Origin: Balanoglossus misakiensis | Taxonomy: Eukaryota > Animalia > Hemichordata | Reading direction: 5' to 3' | Assembly (NCBI GenBank): GCA_040954595.2 | Contig: CM082584.2 | Coordinates: 9,815,061 to 9,879,060 of the forward strand | DNA length: 64,000 bases | Part shown: in pieces, positions 53,761-64,000 of the stretch | Layout of the letters: every line of letters starts with the position of its first letter | How positions within the stretch are numbered: the stretch's first letter is position 1 | Program-made: the position numbers and the translations under genes | The notes under the pieces: model-generated | Database searches by the model: none | The model's input: only the letters and a program-made list of their open reading frames with translations | Told to the model about the DNA's origin: nothing

Positions 53761-54741
53761 ATGACCATCACCTACTCATTAAAAGTGTCCCAGGCCAACC
53801 TCTCATCATTTCCTCGTCTCTTGTTTCTGTGGAGGGGAAGCATCTATAAGTTAGTCTACAAGGAACTGGTGATTTTTCTTGCACTGTACTACGGACTGGC
53901 AATCCTTTACAGGTTTTTCCTGGGTGTTGATCAGCAATATTCATTTGAACTGGTAAGGAGTAGTTTGATGTGAATTTATGCTTTATGTATAACTTTCAAT
54001 TCAAGCTATTTCCAGGTTTCTCTCCATGCACCGATATAGGGGTGGACTATGCTATTCGCCTGTAAGGTACACAGTGACCTCTAATATACATGTACATATG
54101 CCCATATATGGCTAAATGACGAGTTTGAGTGTTCCAGAGAACACGTGGTGGCGCTTCTGTTTTCGTGTGTGCCACCCACTAAGGATGGCCTTCAACCGAA
54201 TTACCCATCTTCTTTTGTCAGTCCTGCGATCAGAAACAATGCGTAAAGTGGACTAGCGTCTTAACAATATATTGTTTTTTTATATATATAATTCTTATTA
54301 GATCTGTGTGTTCTTCAAGGAACGCCTTCTTCCCGTCATCCCAATCAGTTTCCTGCTCGGTTTCTATGTCACCCTCGTCGTCGGCCGCTGGTGGAGTATG
54401 TTCGAAGCCGTGCCGTGGACCGACGAGGTGGCCCAGCTGATCGCCACCCACGTCAACGGCTACGACGAGGAGAGCCGCATCATCCGGCGGACACTGGTGC
54501 GCTGGCTGAACCTGACGTCGACCATCGTCTTCTGCTCGGTGTCCAAGAGCGTCCTCAAGCGGTTCCCCACCATGTTGCATTTGGTTGAAGTGGGTGAGTG
54601 AATGATAGCGTCATCATGGTTTACAAAAACCGGGCAGACGGTTTCATTAAAGACTACACTGAATGTACATGTGCAAACCAGTGCAATATACTATCTGGTA
54701 TAAGCTCACAATACTAGTAATATACCTAACGAACTGACTGA

Positions 54742-54772
<31 letters not shown>

Positions 54773-57486
54773 ACTGACTGACTGACTAACTGACTGACTG
54801 ACTGACTGACTGACTGACTGACTGACTGACTGACTGACTGACTGACTAACTAACTAACTAACTAACTAACCAACTAACTAACTAACGAGTCTATCGCTAA
54901 ACAGGATTGATGACCGAGGATGAGCGCAAACACTACGAGACCTTATCAACACCGCACACAAAATACTGGTTGCCACTGTCATGGGTGTGTACTTCACTGG
55001 GAAACCTCAAACAACAAGGGAAGATTAATAGCGACCAAGCGTTGACTCTTTTACTCAAGGTATAGGTCAGACACTGCCTTTAGCTCACAAGATACATGCA
55101 CGTAATGGTGTGAATGGACTTCCATAGAAAATCATCCTACTATCTGTATGTGGAGCGGAGAGAGAGAGAGGGGGGGAGGGAGAGAGAGAGGGGGGGGGGG
55201 GGCAGACAGACATAAGCTTCAGTGGTTCTCATTCAATCTCTTTTGTTACTTTGCAGAGAGTTCAGAAGCACGGCACTGACTGCAATGCAATGATGAACTA
55301 TGATTGGATTAGTGTGCCGTTAGTTTATACACAGGTGCGTGTTGCTAGCAGTGCTCTCCAACCTAATTTAAGTCCGGACCCTAAAGCCCCCCCCCCCCCA
55401 GTGGAGCTACTTCGACTTTAAGTGTCAACGTGTTGTCTCACTAGGCTGAGTCGACAAGCTAGGCGTGTCAATATGAAAGCAAAATGTGTTCTGGCCACAA
55501 CGAGAAAAAAGGTGAAGGAGATCGAAGTATAAACCAACACCTCCTCTACTGTCTATGCTAAAGCATATACGCTAGCTACTCGCAGTGTCAATCATTTCTC
55601 TCGCTCTCATTCATGTAGGTTGTCACCATAGCGACGTATTCTTTCTTCATCGGCAAGGTGTTTGGGGCACAGTTCTTGGATCCCTCGAAGGGTTATGAGA
55701 GCTATTGGTTGGATGTGTATTTCCCAGTTCTGACCGTCATCGAGTTTTTCTTCTACTTTGGTTGGCTGAAAGTAGGTGAACTGCACCTTTGGCTTTGTCA
55801 GTTTGTTTCATGATACCTATTGCAATTTTGAAGCGGTTTGTTTTCTTTCTTTATCGTTCGAGTATTCTCTGTCAGGTAAATTGTATTTCTGGAATCCAGG
55901 TTAACCTATTTTGAGTTATTTCTTATCTTCTGTAGGTCGCTCAAACAATAATCAACCCCTATGGTGGCGATGACGATGACTTTGAGCTCAACTACATAAT
56001 CGACAGAAATCTGCAGGTTAGACGCATCTCCATGCGATTGTCATATCAGTGTTTGCAGTTAAGTTCGTAATAAAAAAAATTACCCGGCCACAACACACAC
56101 AGAAAGACAGAGGGATGAGGAGTCCTTGCATGACAAGAGATAGTTTAATTTTACCACAATCCTAGTAGTTTTTGCAAACGGTTTCACAGTGGACATTATT
56201 TAGGAAATGGTGGCCATATGCCCAATTTGCCTACCATATAGTTCAAGAGCGCGACTTATTGTTTTCGACCTTGCAGGTCGGTCTTCTCATCGTGGACAGT
56301 GTCTACGGCGAAACACCTATAATCAAAAAGGACAAATACTGGGGTTTCAAGGAGTTTTATCTGCCGTACACTCTGACGACTGTGGATCGCCGGAGGACAA
56401 CGTCGTGGCTCGGTTCAACCGTGGAGGTTCTGTGAGTAAAGTTTTAAGGGTTGATTTTGGGAAAAATGGTGACAAGTTGGCTATGGCGTTGAAAGAGTTA
56501 ATGTTTCTTTATAGAAGAAAAATAAAATGTCGTCCGTATCATGCCCATATGAAAATCACCAAGAATTGTCTTCCACTATTATTGTCTTTGTTCAATAACT
56601 TTCTGTTTGTAGTTTTTCTGAATGTTCTACCTTATTTGTCTACAGACTCCACGCAAAAGATTTTATAATCGAAGTGCCTGCCACATTCGTGAAGACGATG
56701 ACGAAACCCAAGCGAGTGGATGCCAGTGTTGGAACCGACGACGATATAGATACCGAAAAATCGATGAAGAGAGAATCTTCCGAACTGAAACTTTTGTTGC
56801 CAGGCAACGAGCAGGCAAGGAAATACCACAAATGTTACGACACGATGAAAAATGAACTGAAAAGTCCACTGACAAGCGGCGCCCCTCGCTTGAAGCGGAG
56901 AAAACGGCGAAAAAGGGGGAGATTTGTAAGTCCGGCGTCGGTCGCGGCCGATATGGCAAACATGGCCGACGGATCGAGCGAGTCGCAGCAAAGCTCCCGC
57001 AAAAGCAGCGTCACGTGGCCGCCTCCCACGTCCCCAGGGGGCATACACCTGCCCGCCTGCCCGTCTTCGGCTTCCCCTCTCGAAAGGGTCGGCAGTAGAA
57101 CGGTCGACTTTGCCGGGAGGGAGGGCCCGGGAGCAGCCGGGGTGGCGGAAGGGGATGGTACGCTGACGACTGCAGACATGACACCCCTATGGGTGGATAT
57201 CGACGACGCGACTGACGGAAGAGTGTCGGCCTTTGAAGACGGCAGAGGGAGTGATTCGACGGATGGCGACAACGATGACGTCGAATGGGCCGAATGTTCC
57301 ACCATCATGATGCCGAGTGGCGCTACAGTAAGTATTTGGGCCGCGTGCATCAGACAGAAGCTTCGTAACACTTAACAGCCTATACCTGGGTCTCATATTT
57401 ATTTTGATAGAACGCAAACAATTAACCAGCTTTTGACTGTCTCGTTCTCTTTGCAGGTTGAATTGGAAGACATATTCAATCGCTGA
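53761..57486 (+). CDS. Bestrophin (Ca2+-activated anion channel family)
   Basis: Exons 53761-53952 ([18 protein letters not shown]), 54302-54593 ([24 protein letters not shown]), 54905-55059 (KYWLPLSW), 55257-55334 ([12 protein letters not shown]), 55619-55771 (FFYFGWLK), 55936-56016 ([19 protein letters not shown]), 56277-56431, 56646-57327, 57457-57486 (VELEDIFNR*). Read-through of the last intron would end at the stop closing the ORF at 57375. Confidence 0.93.
54732..54886. repeat. Compound (GACT)n/(GGCT)n/(AACT)n microsatellite
   Basis: Directly visible; ends just upstream of the bestrophin acceptor at 54903-54904. Confidence 0.95.
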
Positions 57487-59210
57487 TAAAAATGGCTTGT
57501 CAACGTCAAGATGGTCATAAAACATGTATATCATGATAGTTTGCCGTTCTCTAACATCGCTGGAATGTTTTTACTATTCTCTGACTTAAATTGCCTGTTT
57601 AACTGTGTGTTCAAGTTAATTTAATCGATTATTTTGTTAGTGTATTAATTTGCCTTGTATATACTTGGGCAAAATGAAGCCATCCGTCGCCCAAATGTAA
57701 TCACGATCCCACGTTTACAGCATTGCATGATCGAGACCCCCCTGTCCACATACACAAACGTACACACGTCTGGGTCGTTGAAACGAATTGAACCTGTGAA
57801 CGAGGTTAGTCACGACGTCATATTAAATTAGTTCACTGGAGACGCAATCATCGTAGGATACTGAAGCACCAGACATGGCGACTCGATGGTACACGTAAAA
57901 ACCACCTCGGCTCCGCTTCAAACCAGGTACAGTCCACATAGACTTTTTATAGCGTTGTATTTATACAAGTTTGAACAAAATCAAGTCACTTTTCACGTTT
58001 TAAAATCACCTGTGGCCACCTACCCTTATGAGCAAGGCTGTGTCGCTTGTTTGTTTTCTGAGGCTGAAAGCCGAAAGGGCTGGGTCCAACCAAAGTTCAC
58101 TCTGCATGCGCAGCGCAGCAGCACTGGCATACCTCGGTTTCCCAGGCCAGCGGTTTTCGCCTGCACCGGAGAAATCTCACCAAACCTACTCTCCCTGCTT
58201 CGTCTATCAACGACGCAATTGTGATTCGCTTTATTTTTAAAGACACCTTTAAATTCAACTGAGACGGGGACTTCCATCAGACCGCCATGATCGAGACGAC
58301 CGTTCGTCAAAATGGAATGTGACTAAAACGAAGCTTGCCCGCCTCATGTTGGACACCTGCGCTGCCACAGTCCCAAACGTGCATTTGAATCTCATTGACT
58401 CACAGCTTTCGCCACACCAGAGCATTCTGCTGCCAGAGAGGAACAACTTTCTCCCCCGTTTCCTTAAGCTTATCTTTAGAGGAAATCTCTAAACTCTTGG
58501 CGGAAACTAAACTAAACCGCGATACGCCTCCTTGTTCACTAATAAACCTACTTCCAGATTTACAGTTGATGTTAACCTTATAAATCTCGTCAAAGGTAAA
58601 CTGACATGCAGATTTTTATCTTTACGCGGCCATTAATCGTGGTGGAGGAGGGACTGTGGGTTGTTTGAAGTGGGGAAGTACGGTGGCCTTGGCGTTTTTA
58701 AACGGTGAACTTCTCAGTTTTGGTAATGGGTGAAAAGCGGATTCTGTATGAAGACAAGTCATGTGACCTTCATAAGCAAACGGTCACATTACACTAATTT
58801 GAGAAAATCTGCACATTTGCCCCGAAGCGCATTTTCCTTTGAGATTTTAACATAGCGGTAACCTTTAGATACCCACAGAGGTCGTGTACGTTATTATCAC
58901 ACACAAGCAGGAAACATCATGAAATTTAGAGCGTATTGTAAATCTCAGAGACCAGGCTCTTGTAATTTTAAACATCAATACAGCGCGCGACAAGTAGCAA
59001 TAAATATAAATTTACGGGTTTTATACGGCTTTACGCCACTTCCGTTTAAGTTCTTCGTACACGCCGCAATGCAGTCGTCACGTACGCAGTCTCCTCTATC
59101 CAGCTTCCATGGTAACCGTGCGGGAAGGGATAAAGTTACTCGTTAAGGACGAAAGTGCCTCGGGAACAGATTTCTAGAAAAAAAATGTGTACAATACATC
59201 GTGTAAGCAA

Positions 59211-59218
59211 TCTTTCTT

Positions 59219-59271
<53 letters not shown>

Positions 59272-59320
59272 CTCTCTCTCTCCTCCCCATCTCCCCTCCC
59301 TCACCCTTCCCCCCTCTCTC
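59211..59320. repeat. (CT)n microsatellite forming the polypyrimidine tract before the TRIM first coding exon
   Basis: CT run ending in CTCTCAG (AG at 59321-59322); a related CT-rich tract precedes the paralogue at ~63440-63515. Confidence 0.9.
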
Positions 59321-59333
59321 AGCTACAGTCAAA

Positions 59334-60974
59334 ATGGCCACTGTAAACCCGAGAAGTGCGCTTGAACAAGTCATCGACGAGATGATCCTACTTTGCCCGA
59401 TCTGTAAAGATCGGATGGTGAAGCCTAAAATTCTTCCGTGTGTGCACACCTTCTGCGAGAAATGTCTTACCCAGTGGGTCACACGGAGAGGGGGAATACT
59501 TGAATGTCCGACCTGCAGGCAGGCGAGTCCACTTCCGGAGAAGGGGGTCGAAGGTCTCAACAGCAATCTCTTCATCATTGACTTGATTGATATTTTCAAT
59601 AATTTGCGGCCCGTTCTCGGTGAGACGCCTTGCGATATCTGCGACAGTAAAGCCGTCTGCTGGTGTAAAGAGTGCGCCCAGTTTTTCTGCAGTGGATGTC
59701 GGCGTTTTCACGAGAAAACAACGGCGACGATGGGTCACGCCTTGATGACGACAGGAGAGTTCTGCAACATGTCTAAGAATTTGGACGTTGATCGAGTTAT
59801 TCGCCCTCGATTCTGCGCAGTGCACGAAGACAGCCGCCTCGAGCTCTTCTGCGATCTCTGTCAGACGACCGCGTGCATGAGGTGCGCCGTCACCGAGCAT
59901 AAGGCGACTGCGCACAAGTTGTTGTCCCTGGGGGACGCCTTGGAGAAGTACACCCCCGAGCTGCAGGCCCTGCTGGACGGCCTGTCCACCAGAGTGCAGT
60001 CGCTCCACGAAAAGAAGCGGGAAGCAGAGCTCTCCATCGGCAGATGCGACGAGAAACACCACAGGGGCCGACAGAAAGTGAAAGAGTTGAGGGCGCATCT
60101 CGACCAGATCTACTTCGACCTGGGCTGCATCGAGAGCATAAGTGCCTACGCGCGAAATCTGCTGCAGTACGGCAGTGCAGTAGATGTGCTTTCTCAGAAG
60201 AGAGAAATGGAAAAAGGGCTAATGAAAATCGGCAATTTCCACCAACCCTTTCGGCCCGGCCAATTTGAGACACCGTACACTGAGACACCTGTTCGAGAAC
60301 AGATCACATGTAACATGCCAGATGGCAGCATGGACGTCGTTGACTGTGGCACCTACAGTCGGATCGATTATGTATTTGACGATGGCATACAAAAGGTGAG
60401 CTGATTGGCTGCTTACCATATAGTGGTTTGTTTTGTTGTGTTGTTTTTTTTCCAAAATCTTCGACGTCTTTTACAAGCAAACTCCATCACATTATGTCCT
60501 TGTCTGCCTTGGATGTGTCCAAATAATTATGCGCCATCTTTGCCAGTAGAATTCTCGGTTGGTCCAATAATCAATTTGATTGTATTGCAGCCCGAACACC
60601 CTCATCCGGGACAGCCGTACCAAGGCCGCAAGTTCAGCGGCTTCATACTGAACGACGACGAGGGCCGTGAAGTTCTGAGGTTGTTGAAGATTGCGTTTGA
60701 TCGTCGACTGACTTTCACCATTAGTCCCGTGTCCAACGAGGTAGAATGGAACGGCATAACACACATCCAATACCTGTAAGTTCTGTTCCATTATGCTTTA
60801 CAGATACAATAAGGAGTTTTGTCACTACACTGCCGATGGTACTTGTCTTTGGTAAAGGAAGTAAAATGTTGTTTTGTCTGTGTGTTTTTTTCTTGCAGGA
60901 TTTTCAACGATTCATACAGGCGGCCATATTTGAAAAGAGTGAGGGAAGAATTGGCGGCAAAGGGTGTCGTCTGA
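59334..60974 (+). CDS. TRIM-type E3 ligase (RING, B-box1, B-box2, coiled coil) fused to a Deltex C-terminal (DTC) domain, ~440 aa
   Basis: Exons 59334-60395, 60591-60775, 60899-60974. RING CPIC..LPCVHTFCEKCL..CPTCR; B-box CDICDSKAVCWCKECAQFFCSGC..H..H; B-box CAVH..LFCDLCQTTACMRC..EH..H; coiled coil. DTC motifs NMPDGSM, IDYVFDDGIQKPEHPHPGQPY, EGREVLRLLKIAFDRRLTFTI, VEWNGITH, YLKRVREELAAKGV*. Confidence 0.88.
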
Positions 60975-63546
60975 GTGATCTTGTTTCCACACGGTGCGCG
61001 TCCAGTGAACACTCTTCCGCCGGAAGTAGGTACATGTATTCGGTAAACGAGAAACAGTCCAACATTCAACCCATAAACAAACTAGGTTCAAATCACAGGG
61101 CGTTGAGACTTCAGGAAACGACGACAGCGAATCGAACTGATGAATAACCGGATTATAGTTGTAGGCATTTCCAACGATGCGACCCTTACTTTATATATCT
61201 GTGTGACTATAACTATGCAAGTCTTTTTCCACAATTACTTAGATTAACACAGGATTATACGCAACACTTAACATATTAAGTAGATAGTTAGCCTTACATC
61301 TAGCACATTATTCTGTACATCTATCGTCTTGAGTTTGTTGTCGAAGTAACCAATAGCAACTAAATCCTGCATGATGTGGTCGTGTAGTACGACTTCTCAT
61401 CATTACGCTATGTGCATGTGGATGTGTTTAGGATATCTTTACCCAGGCCTGCCTGACTGGACAGTTGTAACGCTTTATGTAAATTGGCACGTGTAGGGTT
61501 GAATCGGTGACCAATGAAATTGTAACTATTGTATTGTGTCATATTTTACATGTTTAACCACGCCCATTGAAAACTTGAAGCAATTATGAGAACTTTGTTT
61601 TCTAGAGTTCAGTGTAAGCGGAAGCTAAAGGGCGACGGGGGCGTACCTCAGACTTACGAGTTCGTTCCCATCCTCACGTAATAACTAGGCGTACTTAATG
61701 TACAATAGCATTTTTGGCAATAAAAGGGTGTGACATTTTTTTTACAACTCATGAGTTTTCGTTACGGTATGTGCACTTTTTTTCTCTGAGGTGGAAGAGT
61801 ACAGAGCACAGTATATCATGCGGAGTTGTACAGAACTTTTTATTTCGAAACGATGCAAAAATTTCAAACGAAACTTCGGCTGTTCAAAGATATGCCCGGA
61901 ATTTTGCGTATCACTAGTCACCATTCGTGCTTTTGACCAACTTTATGGGTTTTCAAATCATGCTTCAACACGCCCAGGCCTCGGTACGTTGCAAAGGTGT
62001 CGCAGCGTTGAATGTTACTCGGGGAGTACTGTAACCCCAAACGAGGGTCTCGGGAACCCAACCCAACCCATCAAGCATCGCCGATGATTGGACAGACCTC
62101 GACGCGCTGAGAAGTAACCTTGATTGGTTTGCTGCTCGCTCGCTTGACATTGCCTGGAAACAAGACGGATGTGGTAAATGCGCACGCGCTGACTATAGTG
62201 CAGCGCTCGGCGAGAGTATTGCCCGGTTCTGGTTCCCAGCAAGAGGACAGGTGTTTAAAAGGTAAATCGGACAATATTGCGCAGTTTCATTTAGTCGAAT
62301 GGGATTTATGAGGTTGTCAAGGCAATGTTTTGTGAGGTACACAAACACGCGTTTTAGTTTCAAGGGTTCTCCTGATCAGTATCTATCTCCGTTTGATGAT
62401 GTCAGATTTTAAGGTTGTAGTTCCTCATTTGATGCCTAGAAGAGTACCTACGCCCAACCGCAGTGTGTTGTAGAGTCTACCATGACAATTGTACTGGTCA
62501 AAAAACATTACATGTGAAAGTACTTTAAAACTTCTCACGTAAAGTGGCGACAGCGAACAGTCGTGGAACTTCATGCAGCAGTATCGAGGCAGGAGCCCGT
62601 CCAGATTTACAGCGCGATCAGGGAAACACCGTGACCATTATGGTCGATAGTGTTTTTTTTTATCAAACCTTTGACTGCAGAAGGTCTTGAAAACTAAGGG
62701 CAACCTTCAATATGCTAATAAGGCTCGTAGACCAGTTTCAACTTTTGCCTTGACTTCGGGTCGCAGTCGTCTCAAATGGGTGCCAGCCACAGTAGCAAGT
62801 TTACTGGGGGCTCGCTTTTCTTCACCTCATGTGACCAATTTAGTTTTATTTTCGGATTGACGAGGATTAGACGAACGGCATGCGTGTTAAACGGTTTGGC
62901 TGTGGCCGGTGGACAATTAGTAGCGCTCTCAAAGGTCGGGGCCCCGCCTAGTTGGTTTTACTGCTGGTTCTCGAATGAGGCGCGTATAGGTTATTGCCAC
63001 AAGGAACAATGTTTCGAATCATTTGTTTCATGATGTATAATGGTTGATCCCATTTACCGGAAAAAAAACGCACGAAGACCGTTGTTATCTGCAGTAATAA
63101 GTAAACTAGCTAACGTTTTGGCAGAATATATCTTCCATTCGGGACAGGTCGTGCATCACTTGTGGCAGATTGACACCTTCTGGTATAAAAGCCCTTAATA
63201 AACTGGATACATAGAAATATAATTATGCCCTACTCTTCACGTCGCTCGGAAACGTATCATGCATAGGCATGTACTAGCTTCAAACTAATCCTATCGGCTA
63301 TTATGTTGAGGCGTATTAATGTTGGTGTACTAAAGTTAAGATGGTCTAACCGCTCTGTATATATATACACTTTGTGAGTTGAATGTATTTTCCATCATTT
63401 TTCGTGTACGCCTGATATCGGCTTTATTCACATTTACTGTCTGTCTCTCCATCTCTCTCGCCCTCTGTTTCTGTCTCTCTCCTCCCTCCCTCTCACCCCC
63501 CTCCCTCTTCTCTCGCATAAACAAGTAGCATAGCTGCACCTTCAAA

Positions 63547-64000
63547 ATGGCCGATCCAAACTCGGGAAGATCACTGGAACAAGTCATTGATGAGAAAATC
63601 CTTCTTTGCCCAATCTGTAAGGAGCGGATGACGAAACCTAAAATTCTCCCGTGTGTTCACACCTTTTGTGAGAAATGTCTTGACACGTGGGTCAGAGAGA
63701 AAGGAGGAAGGCTTCACTGTCCGACGTGCCGGAGTTTGAGTCTAGTGCCACTGACAGGGGTGAGGGGTCTCAACAATAATCATTACATCAATGATCTCAT
63801 CGAAGTCTTTCAAAATCTGCAGCCAAAGTCCGACGAACAAGCGTGTGATATCTGCGGCAGTAAAGCTGTTTGCTGGTGTACAGAATGTGCCCAATTCTTC
63901 TGCAGTATTTGCCGACTCTCTCACAGAAAGACACGAGCGACAAAGATTCATCGATTGATGTCCACTGAAGACTATAACAACATGGCGAATTCTGGCCTGT
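63547..64000 (+). CDS. Second TRIM paralogue (RING + B-box1), truncated by the window end
   Basis: MADPNSGRSLEQVIDEKILLCPICKERMTKPKILPCVHTFCEKCLDTWVREKGGRLHCPTCR...CDICGSKAVCWCTECAQFFCSIC..H..H. Open to position 64000 and clearly paralogous to 59334ff; absent from the ORF track because it has no stop in the window. Confidence 0.92.
   Translation, partial: MADPNSGRSLEQVIDEKILLCPICKERMTKPKILPCVHTFCEKCLDTWVREKGGRLHCPTCRSLSLVPLTGVRGLNNNHYINDLIEVFQNLQPKSDEQACDICGSKAVCWCTECAQFFCSICRLSHRKTRATKIHRLMSTEDYNNMANSGL

Noticed and set aside
57886-58600. Moderately GC-rich stretch with short ORFs on both strands (e.g. HGGLMEVPVSVEFKG)
   Set aside because: No family recognised and frames are interrupted; it might be a decayed element but cannot be supported.
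59187-59333. N-terminal extension (MYNTSCK..SLSLSL) of the 405-aa ORF
   Set aside because: It is the CT microsatellite/acceptor region; the paralogue supports the start at 59334.
61960-62320. Cluster of short ORFs between the two TRIM genes
   Set aside because: No protein motifs; paired TGATTGG (reverse CCAAT) boxes suggest promoter/5' UTR sequence, but this cannot be assigned confidently.

Overview
Eukaryotic (metazoan) genomic DNA with AT-rich introns, microsatellites and spliceosomal genes. It is probably a marine invertebrate bilaterian, but the taxon cannot be fixed from the sequence alone. Seven protein-coding genes are recognisable, all on the + strand: (1) the 3' part of a clan-2-like cytochrome P450 with an atypical I-helix; (2) a complete FCHO1/2-like F-BAR + mu-homology gene containing a U12-type AT-AC intron, micro-exons and candidate cassette exons; (3) an SLC4A11-like transporter with two alternative first coding exons; (4) an intronless SMP-30/gluconolactonase of bacterial/fungal type, with a signal peptide and C-terminal membrane anchor (horizontal-transfer candidate); (5) a bestrophin with an altered Ca2+-clasp; (6) a TRIM (RING-Bbox-Bbox-coiled coil) fused to a Deltex C-terminal (DTC) domain; (7) the start of a tandem paralogue of that TRIM. 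Also present are a PIF/Harbinger-type MITE with perfect 43-bp TIRs and a TAA TSD, a ~90-bp TTAA-flanked MITE family (4 copies), two convergent CTCF-like motifs and several simple repeats. The most unusual items are the TRIM-DTC fusion, the membrane-anchored microbial-type lactonase and the AT-AC intron nested inside an in-frame GT-AG pair. Exon boundaries were derived by hand from splice consensus, reading-frame continuity and remembered homologue sequences. No database search was run.
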